DNA from: a virus
Taxonomy: Duplodnaviria; Caudoviricetes
Length of the DNA stretch: 50,523 nt
IMG/VR virus record: IMGVR_UViG_3300025767_000032
Span: 1 to 50,523 of that record
Strand: one strand, 5' to 3'
Part shown: positions 37,995 to 46,975 of the stretch, piece by piece
Numbering within the stretch: position 1 is the stretch's first letter
How the letters are laid out: every line of letters begins with the position of its first letter
Notes under the pieces: generated by a model
What the model was told of the DNA's origin: nothing
Seen by the model: the letters and a program-made list of their open reading frames with translations, nothing else
The model's database searches: none
Translations under genes and position numbers: made by a program

Positions 37995-38504
37995 ATGAAC
38001 AAACTTAAACTGTTAGTAATTGGTCACGGCAGACATGGTAAAGATACTGTGTGTGAAATGCTTCGCGATGATTACGGATATACATTCGAATCGAGTTCAA
38101 AGTTTTGTAGTAAACAATTTATATATAATGATCTAAAGGACAAGTATGGATATGCTGATGAGGAAGAGTGTTATGCTGACAGGCATAATCACAGAGCAGA
38201 ATGGTATGATGCTATCTGCGCTTACAATGTACCTGATGCAGCAACTCTAGGAAGAGAAATGTTTGCTGCCTACGACATCTATTGTGGGCTACGCAACAAG
38301 CGTGAATTTTTTGCAATGCAAAACACTGGTGTATTTGATTATGCTATTTGGGTTGATCGTAGCGACTATTTGCCTTTAGAAGCAACAGACTCAATGAGTT
38401 TGGAACACTGGATGGCTGATTTTACTATTGACAACAATGGCACATTAGCCGATTTAAAGTTTAATCTAAGTCAGTTGATGTCGCACTTAGAAGTCAGGGC
38501 GTAG
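37995..38504 (+). CDS. P-loop kinase, deoxynucleoside monophosphate kinase-like (T4 gp1-related)
   Basis: VIGHGRHGKDT P-loop; GLRNKREF; ADFTIDNNGTL. Confidence 0.7.
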   Translation: MNKLKLLVIGHGRHGKDTVCEMLRDDYGYTFESSSKFCSKQFIYNDLKDKYGYADEEECYADRHNHRAEWYDAICAYNVPDAATLGREMFAAYDIYCGLRNKREFFAMQNTGVFDYAIWVDRSDYLPLEATDSMSLEHWMADFTIDNNGTLADLKFNLSQLMSHLEVRA

Positions 38505-38822
38505 ATCTCCTTGCTTCCAACGCATGCCTTCTTTTTGAGTTATGCGTTGGCAGTTAGCACATATTGTCTTTAAGTTATTAGGACGACAGTTATTTAAATC
38601 ACCGTCTATATGAAACACATTAAATTGCTCAGGGTGTTTTGATTTAAACCCACACTTCTCGCAATAATTTTTCTTTTCATAGCCTCTCTGCTTCCATATT
38701 GGTATTCCGTGACCAGTACCGTTACGTAAACAAGTTTCGCAAAGTTTGCGATAATAGGTTTTATTTCCTTTTTTGTAATTTATAGCGGCAGGACGATGTC
38801 CGCATGTGCATAAAGGTCTCAT
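38487..38822 (-). CDS. Zn-finger/HNH-like protein
   Basis: CTC, CETC, CEKC...FHIDGDLNNCRPNNLKTICANC. Confidence 0.7.
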   Translation of the reverse strand: MRPLCTCGHRPAAINYKKGNKTYYRKLCETCLRNGTGHGIPIWKQRGYEKKNYCEKCGFKSKHPEQFNVFHIDGDLNNCRPNNLKTICANCQRITQKEGMRWKQGDLRPDF

Positions 38823-38826
38823 ATTG

Positions 38827-38833
38827 TATTTAG
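38827..38833 (-). promoter_or_regulatory. Late promoter CTAAATA 4 nt upstream of ATG (leaderless)
   Basis: Minus strand CTAAATAcaatATG, no SD. Confidence 0.65.
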
Positions 38834-38890
38834 CTCACCTTTTTGGTACCTTTTTCGGTACTATATAATAGGTGTTTTATCTCGAATATA

Positions 38891-38897
38891 ATAAATA
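38891..38897 (+). promoter_or_regulatory. Late promoter ATAAATA of the tail sheath gene
   Basis: ATAAATAC followed by AGGAG RBS and ATG 38934. Confidence 0.75.
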
Positions 38898-38933
38898 CTG
38901 TATAGAACACTAACATCCAATAGGAGAAATAAC

Positions 38934-41900
38934 ATGGCATTAGTATCACCAGGCGTAGAAGTCAATGTAATTGACGAATCATTCTACACTCCGGCATCAG
39001 CTGGTACTGTACCAATGATTTTTGTTGCAACAGCTACTAATAAAACTAGTAGTAGTGGCGCAGGAATTGCAGCAGGTACAACAGCAGTAAATGCAGGAAA
39101 ACCTTATTTAATAACAAGTCAACGAGAGCTAGGCGAAACATTTGGCGACGCTTTATTCTACAGTGACGCAAACGGAAATATGATTCACGGTGGAGAGCTT
39201 AACGAATACGGTCTTAATACAGCATATTCATTGTTAGGTGTAAGTAACCGTGCATATGTTGTTCGTGCAGATTTAGACCTAGCAGCACTTACAGCAAGCT
39301 CTACAGCACCAGGCGGCGAACCAGCAAACGGCGCAGCTTGGATTGACACACAAGTTACTAACTTTGGTATCCTTGAGTGGAATAATGCTCCTGTTACTAC
39401 AACAGGCGGTCAAAGCTTTACATCGGTAACACGTACTGTACTTGTACAAGCAACTGATATCGACAGCGGTACTGATGCACCAAAAACATCAATTGGTCAA
39501 ATTGGTGACTATGCAATTGATGCTACTATTGCTTCAGGTGAAACTGCACAAAGATTTAGAACATTTTACAAAACTCCAGCAAACACTACAGCAGCAGGAA
39601 CAGCGGGTAGCTGGGTCCAAGTAGGTTCAACACAGTGGAGTGCAAGCTTTCCGGTAGTACGCGGTACAGCAACACCTAATGCAATTGCATTAGGTGACGA
39701 ACTAACAATTAACAGCTTAGTTGTTACAGCAACTGGTGCAACACTAACACAACTTGCAGTAGACATTAACGCTCGCGGTATTTCGGGTGTTTCTGCAGCA
39801 GTAGTTGACAGTGCATTAGAAATTTACTCAACCGGCGTTAATGTTGTAGTTGAAACTGGCGCTGGCGCACTAGTAGGTGATGCAGGCGTTGCATCAGATG
39901 ACGGCGGCGCATTAGGTATCATTGCTAAAACTTATGCAGCACCAAAAGTAACTATTGCTCCACATACAAATGTCCCAGCATATAAAATCGGCGGCGCAGC
40001 AGAAGCACCAACTGGTTCACTTTGGATTAAAACAACTAGTCCAAATGGCGGCGCAAACTTTAGTGTTAAGAAATATAACAGCGACACACAATTGTGGGGT
40101 GCAGTTAGTGCTCCTATGTATGCAACACCAGAAGCAGCATTGTTTGGACTAGATAAAACAGGCGGTGGCGCAAACCTATTAGCAGGTGATCTTTATGTAA
40201 AAGCTGATATCGAAGACGGCACACCAACACTTGTTAACTTTAGAGTGTTTGAAAGAGCTGTAACCGGCGCAACTTCTGTAACTAGTGACAAGATTACTAC
40301 ACAACTTACAGCGGGCACATATAGTTTTGCACTAGAAGAGACTACAGTAAATAGCTTAACAAGAGCAATTAAAACTATTACTGTTACTGTAGTAGGCGCA
40401 AGCACTGATGCCGATACTGTTGCAGGACAAATCAACGCAGCAGGATTTACAAACGTTGTTGCATTAGTTGATGCAAATAACAAAATTGTTATCCAACACA
40501 AACTCGGCGGCGATATTAGAATGACAGATACTGACGGATTACTTGCACTTGCAGGATATGCAGTTTCAGGTTCTAACAGAAAAGCTAATTTATATGCAGC
40601 ACCAACAGGCGATGCTACAAACGACTACGTTGCTTCTAATTGGAAGCCATTAGTTGCAACAGCAAGCCCAGATGCACCTGCAAGTCTAACAGCAGACGGT
40701 ACACTATGGTACAGTTCAGTTGTTGATGAAGCTGACATTATGGTACATGCAGGCGCCAGCGGCTGGGTTGGATATTTAAATGCATATCCAAGCACAAATG
40801 CAACAGGACCAATGGTCAGTGCTACTGAACCAAGAACACAGTCAGACGGTGTTACAGCATTAGTTGAAGGTGATCTTTGGGTTTCAACAGCAGATGTTGA
40901 AAACTACGGTACAATTTATCGCTACAATGCTACACTTGCAAGATGGGTGTTGATTGATAAAGCAGACCAAACAACTGAAAATGGTATCCTATTTGCAGAT
41001 GCACGTTGGAGCACAAACGGTGGATCATCAGCAGCACACGCAGCTGGAACTATTGAAGAACTACTAGTAAGTGACTATTTAGACACAGATGCACCTGATC
41101 CTACACTATATCCAGAAGGTATGTTGCTATGGAACCTACGCAGAAGCGGATTTAACGTTAAGAGATTTGTACGTAACTATGTTGACATCACAGCAGACAA
41201 CACTCGTTACCAAGTAATTGGTAATAGTGGAAGTTTAGAAGATGAGTCAATGTCGCTTTACTATCCACACCGCTGGGTTACTGCTTCAGGCAATCAAGAA
41301 GATGGTTCAGGTAGCTTTGGCCGTCATGCACAACGCAAAACGGTTGTACAGGCACTACAAACAATGGTTAACGGCAACCAAGATATCCGTGACGAAGAAA
41401 GTCGTCAGTTTAACTTAATGGCTTGCCCAGGTTATCCAGAACTAATTGGTGAGATGATCACACTAAACTATGACAGACGCTTAACATCATTTGTTGTAGG
41501 TGACACACCAGCAAGACTAACACCAGATGCTACTAGCTTAAACGAATGGGCAACTAACGTTAATCTAGCAGTTGAAGATAACGATGACGGTGCAGTAAGC
41601 CGCGACGAGTATATGGCTATGTATTATCCGTGGGGATTCACTAGCGATAATGCTGGTAACAACATTGTTGTTCCACCAAGTCACATGGCACTACGCACTA
41701 TTATACTAAACGACCAAGTTGCGTTCCCCTGGTTTGCTCCAGCAGGTACAAGACGCGGTGGTGTAACTAATGCAACAAGTTCGGGCTATATCACAAGCGA
41801 AGGCGAATTCCAAAGTGTTTCACTAAACACCGGACAGCGTGATACGCTTTATAGCAACAACATAAACCCAATTACTTTTATTAGTGGTGCAGGTTTAGTT

Positions 41901-42263
41901 GTGTTTGGTCAAAAGACTCGTGCAAGAAACGCAAGTGCGCTAGATCGTATCAACGTAGCACGTCTAACTGTTTATTTACGTGGACAGCTAGAGTTGCTTG
42001 CAAGACCATACTTGTTTGAACCAAACGATAAGATCACACGTGATCAAGTTAAAGCAGCAGCCGATGCGCTATTGCTAGAACTAGTTGGTTTAAGAGCGCT
42101 TTACGACTTCCTAGCAGTGTGTGACGAATCAAACAACACACCAGCAAGAATTGACCGTAATGAGCTATGGTTAGACATTGCAATAGAACCCGTAAAAGCA
42201 ATTGAATTTATTTACATTCCATTGCGTATTAAGAACACTGGAGAAATTGCAGCACTAGGTTAA
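38934..42263 (+). CDS. gp18: Contractile tail sheath protein (1109 aa)
   Basis: MALVSPGVEV, ACPGYPE, YYPW, VPPSH, PWFAPAGTRRG, RDTLYSNNINPI, GQKT, LDRINVARL, LFEPND, CDESNNTPARID, IEPVKAIEFIYI. Confidence 0.95.
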   Translation: MALVSPGVEVNVIDESFYTPASAGTVPMIFVATATNKTSSSGAGIAAGTTAVNAGKPYLITSQRELGETFGDALFYSDANGNMIHGGELNEYGLNTAYSLLGVSNRAYVVRADLDLAALTASSTAPGGEPANGAAWIDTQVTNFGILEWNNAPVTTTGGQSFTSVTRTVLVQATDIDSGTDAPKTSIGQIGDYAIDATIASGETAQRFRTFYKTPANTTAAGTAGSWVQVGSTQWSASFPVVRGTATPNAIALGDELTINSLVVTATGATLTQLAVDINARGISGVSAAVVDSALEIYSTGVNVVVETGAGALVGDAGVASDDGGALGIIAKTYAAPKVTIAPHTNVPAYKIGGAAEAPTGSLWIKTTSPNGGANFSVKKYNSDTQLWGAVSAPMYATPEAALFGLDKTGGGANLLAGDLYVKADIEDGTPTLVNFRVFERAVTGATSVTSDKITTQLTAGTYSFALEETTVNSLTRAIKTITVTVVGASTDADTVAGQINAAGFTNVVALVDANNKIVIQHKLGGDIRMTDTDGLLALAGYAVSGSNRKANLYAAPTGDATNDYVASNWKPLVATASPDAPASLTADGTLWYSSVVDEADIMVHAGASGWVGYLNAYPSTNATGPMVSATEPRTQSDGVTALVEGDLWVSTADVENYGTIYRYNATLARWVLIDKADQTTENGILFADARWSTNGGSSAAHAAGTIEELLVSDYLDTDAPDPTLYPEGMLLWNLRRSGFNVKRFVRNYVDITADNTRYQVIGNSGSLEDESMSLYYPHRWVTASGNQEDGSGSFGRHAQRKTVVQALQTMVNGNQDIRDEESRQFNLMACPGYPELIGEMITLNYDRRLTSFVVGDTPARLTPDATSLNEWATNVNLAVEDNDDGAVSRDEYMAMYYPWGFTSDNAGNNIVVPPSHMALRTIILNDQVAFPWFAPAGTRRGGVTNATSSGYITSEGEFQSVSLNTGQRDTLYSNNINPITFISGAGLVVFGQKTRARNASALDRINVARLTVYLRGQLELLARPYLFEPNDKITRDQVKAAADALLLELVGLRALYDFLAVCDESNNTPARIDRNELWLDIAIEPVKAIEFIYIPLRIKNTGEIAALG

Positions 42264-42274
42264 TATGCGCATAT

Positions 42275-42302
42275 AATGAGTGGAGAAAATTCTCCACTCA
42301 TT
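42275..42302 (+). terminator. Perfect 12-bp hairpin after the sheath gene (terminator or mRNA stabiliser)
   Basis: AATGAGTGGAGA-AAAT-TCTCCACTCATT; only a short U tract. Confidence 0.6.
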
Positions 42303-42307
42303 TAAGC

Positions 42308-42314
42308 ATAAATA
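42308..42314 (+). promoter_or_regulatory. Late promoter ATAAATA of the tail tube gene
   Basis: Followed by AGGAG RBS and ATG 42334. Confidence 0.75.
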
Positions 42315-42333
42315 CTGCATAGGAGATAAAAGA

Positions 42334-42978
42334 ATGCCAATCACAACATTAACAAATATTTCGATACCTACAGAAGGTGCTGGAAGTAACTCATCATTAT
42401 TGATGCCTAAACTACAGTATCGCTTTAGAGTATTTTTAGATAACTTTGGTACAACTGGTGCAGCCGACGGTACTAGAGAAATTTCAAGACAGGTAGTAGA
42501 CGTAACTCGTCCAAACCTATCATTTGAACAGATGACCATTGACGCTTACAACTCAAGAACATATCTTGCTGGTAAGCACACATGGGATCCGATCACATTA
42601 ACACTACGTGAAGATGCAAACAACAATGTACAAAAAATTGTTGGACAGCAAATTCAAAGACAGTTTGATTTCTATGAGCAGTCGAGCGCAGTGTCAAGTG
42701 GTACTTATAAGTTCCAAACTAGAATCGAAATTCTAGACGGTGGCAACGGCGCTAACGGAGCAAACGTAATTGATCGCTTCCACTTGGTAGGTTGCTATAT
42801 TGAATCAGCTAACTATAACACACTTGCGTATGCAACTAATGAACCAGTTACAACAACGCTAAGTATTCGTTATGACAACGCTATCCAATTCGGTGCTGAC
42901 GAAGACTTTATTGGTATTGGTTCTGCAGAATCTCGTGCTTCAAATGCATCAGTTGGCGGAACAACTGTTACCGGCTAA
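42334..42978 (+). CDS. gp19: Tail tube protein
   Basis: Start moved to ATG 42334; PKLQYRFRV, RPNLSF, YLAGKHTWDPITLTLRED, LSIRYDNA; directly after the sheath. Confidence 0.85.
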   Translation: MPITTLTNISIPTEGAGSNSSLLMPKLQYRFRVFLDNFGTTGAADGTREISRQVVDVTRPNLSFEQMTIDAYNSRTYLAGKHTWDPITLTLREDANNNVQKIVGQQIQRQFDFYEQSSAVSSGTYKFQTRIEILDGGNGANGANVIDRFHLVGCYIESANYNTLAYATNEPVTTTLSIRYDNAIQFGADEDFIGIGSAESRASNASVGGTTVTG

Positions 42979-43007
42979 TTCTTTTAATTAAGATTGGCGC
43001 TTCGATT

Positions 43008-43042
43008 AAAGCGAGGATTGTTAATTCAATTCTCGCTTTTTT
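43008..43042 (+). terminator. Rho-independent terminator
   Basis: AAAGCGAGGATTG-TTAATT-CAATTCTCGCTTT followed by a T run. Confidence 0.8.
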
Positions 43043-43065
43043 ATATACACAGTTAATATTAATAG

Positions 43066-43072
43066 ATAAATA
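43066..43072 (+). promoter_or_regulatory. Late promoter ATAAATA 5 nt upstream of ATG (leaderless)
   Basis: ATAAATAttactATG, no SD. Confidence 0.65.
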
Positions 43073-43077
43073 TTACT

Positions 43078-44307
43078 ATGAGCGTACTCGATCCTTATAT
43101 AATTAACACTTCCGGAATAGATGTTCACTTGCGTGATGCAAGACATGCACATCAGTTGTTCAGCGAATATGGCCATGCCTTTGCTCCTAAAACAAAGTTC
43201 TTATATCATGTGGTTTTTCAACCACATAGAGCAGTAGGTGATGCAACATTACAAAATACTATAAAATTTCAAAAAGAAATTGGAGTATTAGCTAAGTCGT
43301 TAGATCTTCCTAGCTTCAGAGCAAGCATAGAAAATAAACAACAATATAATCGCAAAAAAAATATACAAACTAGACTAGATTATCAAGATATTAATATAAG
43401 ACTGCACGATGATAACACTGGTGCTACTCGTAGTATGCTCGAAGAATATTATAAATGGTATTATGTTGACGGAAGTCAAAATGATCTTAACAGAGCATTT
43501 AATCCTCGAGATAAATTTGTAGAAGTAGTTCCTTCTTATGGTTTAAATGTTGAAAAAGGTGTTCCAGAAAAAGAAGTACCATTTTTTGAATATATAAAAA
43601 TATATCAGTTAGCAAGAAAAGAATGGTTTAGTTATACACTAGTTAATCCGTTGCTATCTGCGTGGAGTCACGGTGACTTAGATTATAGTGACGGCGCAGG
43701 ATTAATGGAAAATTCTATTACAGTTGCATACGAATCAGTATTATATAATAATGGAAAAATTGGTGCAGGCGGCGAACCTAGTACATTTACAAGCCAAGAA
43801 ACACTTTACGATGTTGTGCCTAGTCCAGCAGCATATGCAGACGGAACACTAAGTGAATCAAATTTTCTTACACCTAGACTATTAAATAGAGATAGTACTG
43901 TACCTAGTGGATTAATTGCGCGAGCTGCAAACAGTGCAAGTAGTTCACCGTCTTCAGCAACCACAAACAATAATTCTGTAGGTGCTTTAGAACAAATTGT
44001 TATTCCTCTTCAGCAATCTACACCTACAACAACAAAGTCAACATCTACCAACGTTTCGTTGCCTGTTAGGAAAGAAGACATAGTAGATGAATTAAATAGA
44101 AATCCGTCAGCAATGGATAGTTATGTTGCAAAATCGCTGAACACTGGAGCAATACCAGGCACAACATTAGCATCATATAATTCATTAGATGCTACTGGTA
44201 AACAAGAAGTAAAAAATACGTTAACTGCTAAAATTGCTCGTGGAAGCAATAAAGCGGCATTATTTGGACAACTAGCAATTAAAGCATCAAAAGGAACTCA
44301 GGCATGA
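43078..44307 (+). CDS. Tail-tube-fold baseplate/tube initiator protein (gp19/gp54-like)
   Basis: PKTKFLYHVVF, KSLDLPSF, QYNRK, YQDINIRLHDD, LVNPLL, ITVAYE pattern parallel to tube proteins. Confidence 0.6.
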   Translation: MSVLDPYIINTSGIDVHLRDARHAHQLFSEYGHAFAPKTKFLYHVVFQPHRAVGDATLQNTIKFQKEIGVLAKSLDLPSFRASIENKQQYNRKKNIQTRLDYQDINIRLHDDNTGATRSMLEEYYKWYYVDGSQNDLNRAFNPRDKFVEVVPSYGLNVEKGVPEKEVPFFEYIKIYQLARKEWFSYTLVNPLLSAWSHGDLDYSDGAGLMENSITVAYESVLYNNGKIGAGGEPSTFTSQETLYDVVPSPAAYADGTLSESNFLTPRLLNRDSTVPSGLIARAANSASSSPSSATTNNNSVGALEQIVIPLQQSTPTTTKSTSTNVSLPVRKEDIVDELNRNPSAMDSYVAKSLNTGAIPGTTLASYNSLDATGKQEVKNTLTAKIARGSNKAALFGQLAIKASKGTQA

Positions 44308-44669
44308 TAGCAAAATCTGATAATTCAAAACCGCAATCAGAAGATCTAACAAAAAAGTTTTTTGATAATTATTATAATAAAGAAATTAGCTATAATGCTA
44401 GCGAAGTTGATGCAGTCATTGGCTATTTTCTAAAACGAGGATTTGATAAAGTTGCCGCAGTTAACACTGCTAGTATTTTATTACAACAAGCAGAAATAGA
44501 TCAGCTCACAGTATTTAAATTAATCGACACTTTAAAAGGTGTAACTGATGTTCAGCTTAGTAATATTGTGGCACAAATTTTAAACTTGAATAGAAGTAAA
44601 GTCAGCACTTTAGGATACAGAATTCCTGAAGAAAAACAACTTTTTGATCAGCGACAAATTATAGTATAA
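44304..44669 (+). CDS. Hypothetical protein (121 aa)
   Basis: ATGA overlap with the upstream gene; no recognised motif. Confidence 0.65.
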   Translation: MIAKSDNSKPQSEDLTKKFFDNYYNKEISYNASEVDAVIGYFLKRGFDKVAAVNTASILLQQAEIDQLTVFKLIDTLKGVTDVQLSNIVAQILNLNRSKVSTLGYRIPEEKQLFDQRQIIV

Positions 44670-45106
44670 TGTCTCGATTTGCGCAAGGTAAATTCAATCT
44701 AAAAAATCCACAGAAGTATATAGGAACTAAAACTCCTACATATCGTTCAGGATGGGAATTTACTTTTATGAAATTTTGTGACGAACATCCTGCTATAACT
44801 CAGTGGGCAAGTGAAGCAGTACGTATTCCCTATCGCAATCCACTAACTGGCAAACAAACAATATACGTACCTGACTTCTTTATTGCATATGCAGATAAGA
44901 GTACAAAGCAGCGTGTAGAATTAATTGAGGTCAAACCTAAGAATCAAGCCATGCGAGAAAACTTAGGAAACAGCAAACACAATCAAGCACATTGGGTAGT
45001 TAATCAAGCTAAGTGGGAAGCAGCACGAGCCTGGTGCAAACAAAAAGGAATAATATTCCGTATAGTTACTGAAGACGATATCTTTCATACAGGTAGAAGA
45101 AGATAA
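44669..45106 (+). CDS. gp4: Head completion nuclease, T4 gp4-like (TnsA-type fold)
   Basis: KNPQKYIG, YRSGWE, WASE, IPY, YVPDF, IEVKP, NQAKWEAA, FRIVTE. Confidence 0.9.
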   Translation: MSRFAQGKFNLKNPQKYIGTKTPTYRSGWEFTFMKFCDEHPAITQWASEAVRIPYRNPLTGKQTIYVPDFFIAYADKSTKQRVELIEVKPKNQAMRENLGNSKHNQAHWVVNQAKWEAARAWCKQKGIIFRIVTEDDIFHTGRRR

Positions 45107-45109
45107 ATA
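45103..45109 (+). promoter_or_regulatory. Late promoter ATAAATA
   Basis: Overlaps the gp4 stop, upstream of 45136. Confidence 0.65.
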
Positions 45110-45135
45110 ATAGTAGCATATAATGGAATGGAACC

Positions 45136-45636
45136 ATGACAAAAAAATTAGAAGACTTGTTAAATCTACCTGATTCAAAAGAAATCATAGAACAGGCAGT
45201 AGCTCAAGAAGAAGAACAATCACAATACGAAATTGAACAATCAAGGACTTTTCGTGACATAGAAGAATTCGATAAAATTGCTAGTGCATTGCCTGCTGTA
45301 AAAGGTCTAGGCGAAATGGCTGATAAAGAACTTAACGAAATTGCTGATAAAGCTATGCAAGCATACGAGGATCTAATGGACCTAGGCATGAATGTAGAAA
45401 GTCGTTACAGTGGTCGTGTATTTGAAACTGCAGGCGGCATGCTTAAAACTAGTTTAGATGCTAAAGTTGCAAAACTAGACAAAAAGTTAAAAATGATCGA
45501 ATTGCAACTTAAAAAAGAAAAACAAGATAAAGACAGCAGTACAGGCGATGGCGATATTGTTAACGGCGCAGGGTATGTTGTGACAGATAGAAACAGCCTT
45601 ATAGAACGGCTCAAAGGCTTAGATAAAGATAAATAA
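45136..45636 (+). CDS. Probable terminase small subunit (gp16-like helical protein)
   Basis: RVFETAGGMLK...KLKMIELQLKK resembles the gp16 oligomerisation helices; size and proximity to the large terminase. Confidence 0.45.
   Translation: MTKKLEDLLNLPDSKEIIEQAVAQEEEQSQYEIEQSRTFRDIEEFDKIASALPAVKGLGEMADKELNEIADKAMQAYEDLMDLGMNVESRYSGRVFETAGGMLKTSLDAKVAKLDKKLKMIELQLKKEKQDKDSSTGDGDIVNGAGYVVTDRNSLIERLKGLDKDK
45629..45635 (+). promoter_or_regulatory. Late promoter ATAAATA
   Basis: Overlaps the stop of 45136..45636, upstream of the AGGA RBS. Confidence 0.6.
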
Positions 45637-45662
45637 TACATATAGAACAGGATCATTGCGCA

Positions 45663-46220
45663 ATGAGATCATTTAAAGATATACTAACAGAGTCCAAAAA
45701 GACTTATGAATTTAAGATAGGTGTAGCTGGCCCTCTGCCAGAAGGCTTTGAAGATCGGATGGAGACAGCACTTAAAAAGTTTAACGTCTCTAATATGACA
45801 TCAGGTAAGAAAACACCAATACAAGAACGTCCATTAGACTTTCCGCAACTACAGAATATGGAAGTTACATATTTTGAATTAGCAGTCGAATATCCAACTA
45901 CTAGTCAAGTGTTACAAGAATATGTAGGTAATTGCTGCGGTGTTCATCAATCATACATTATTGTGCGCAATGCTAATGATCCAAGAGAAGAATATCAAGA
46001 AACAGACGATAGTGCTCCGTACGAATCAATGTTGACCAAAGAAGATATGGGAGGCGAAAGCGCCCAAGACAACGTTGCTGGCAGTAGAGTAATGAGTCTT
46101 TTAAAAGAACTAGAAACCGCTCGTAAAGCACACGAGCACGACGGTGCCGCTGGTGCACCTAAAGGTGAGTCAAAGGATATTGATGAATCTGAAAACACCA
46201 AAAGCACTATAGGGAGCTAA
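45663..46220 (+). CDS. Hypothetical protein (185 aa), possible head-associated
   Basis: N-terminal MRSFKDILTE resembles T4-type capsid-targeting leaders ending in L-x-E. Confidence 0.55.
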   Translation: MRSFKDILTESKKTYEFKIGVAGPLPEGFEDRMETALKKFNVSNMTSGKKTPIQERPLDFPQLQNMEVTYFELAVEYPTTSQVLQEYVGNCCGVHQSYIIVRNANDPREEYQETDDSAPYESMLTKEDMGGESAQDNVAGSRVMSLLKELETARKAHEHDGAAGAPKGESKDIDESENTKSTIGS

Positions 46221-46222
46221 TT

Positions 46223-46909
46223 ATGAATATGAAGAAATTAATCGAATCAATGGATCGCATTGAAGAATGTGGAATGACAGAGATGCCTGCAATGGCGCCA
46301 CCGGCACCAGAGATGGACAGAGGCAATCCAGTAACAATGAGTGTTAGCTTAAATGCAAGCGGTAAAGAGCACGTTGATGATTTAATCAAAATGATGAAAA
46401 ACGCAGGCATGGGCGCAGCTGAACCAGTTAGTGCTAAAATGCTATCACCACGTATGGATATGGAGCGTTTGTCAAGTATTATGGGTGAGCCAGACATGGG
46501 TCCGGAAATGGAAGAGCTTGAAGACGAAATTGGTGAAGAAGAAGGACCGTGCCCAGAGTGTGGTATGGAACCATGCGAATGCGATCATGCAGAAGAAGGA
46601 TATGCAAACGAGCCTGATCCACAGTACGGTGATATGAGCGATGCTATTCCAAACGGCAACGATCTAAACCGTAAAAAAGGCGCTTATAAAGTAGTAGCTG
46701 GCGGCGATAATCCAATGGAATATAAAATGGAAGTAGAATCCATTAAAGCACAGCTAATGGCAGCACTTACTGAAAAGAAAGCAAAGCCAGACTTCTTAGA
46801 TGTTGACAAAGATGGCGATAAAAAAGAGCCAATGAAAAAAGCAATTGCTGACAAAGGTAGCAAGCCTAAAAAAGGCCAAGTACCTCCGCAGTTTGCTAAA
46901 AAGAAATAA
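46223..46909 (+). CDS. Acidic, low-complexity putative head-internal/core protein
   Basis: MKKLIES start, Glu/Met-rich, CPECGMEPCEC and PDFLDVDKDGDKKEPM motifs. Confidence 0.55.
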   Translation: MNMKKLIESMDRIEECGMTEMPAMAPPAPEMDRGNPVTMSVSLNASGKEHVDDLIKMMKNAGMGAAEPVSAKMLSPRMDMERLSSIMGEPDMGPEMEELEDEIGEEEGPCPECGMEPCECDHAEEGYANEPDPQYGDMSDAIPNGNDLNRKKGAYKVVAGGDNPMEYKMEVESIKAQLMAALTEKKAKPDFLDVDKDGDKKEPMKKAIADKGSKPKKGQVPPQFAKKK

Positions 46910-46934
46910 AACTACTACTCGAGATGGGAAGTTC

Positions 46935-46962
46935 AAATAGGGCCTACGGGTCCTATTTTTTT
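46935..46962 (+). terminator. Rho-independent terminator with cUACGg tetraloop
   Basis: AAATAGGGCC-TACG-GGTCCTATTTTTTT. Confidence 0.85.
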
Positions 46963-46964
46963 GA

Positions 46965-46971
46965 GTAAATA
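46965..46971 (+). promoter_or_regulatory. Late promoter GTAAATA 4 nt upstream of ATG (leaderless)
   Basis: GTAAATAcaatATG immediately after a terminator, no SD. Confidence 0.7.
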
Positions 46972-46975
46972 CAAT

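Noticed and set aside
44669-45106. TnsA-like nuclease as evidence of a Tn7-type transposon
   Set aside because: Motifs and context match the T4 gp4 head completion protein; no tnsB/tnsC or terminal repeats.
16280-46975. Longer ORF-track starts at 16280, 36631, 42280 and 46961
   Set aside because: They lie upstream of or within promoters, RBSs or terminators; downstream ATGs at 16349, 36646, 42334 and 46976 fit the signals.
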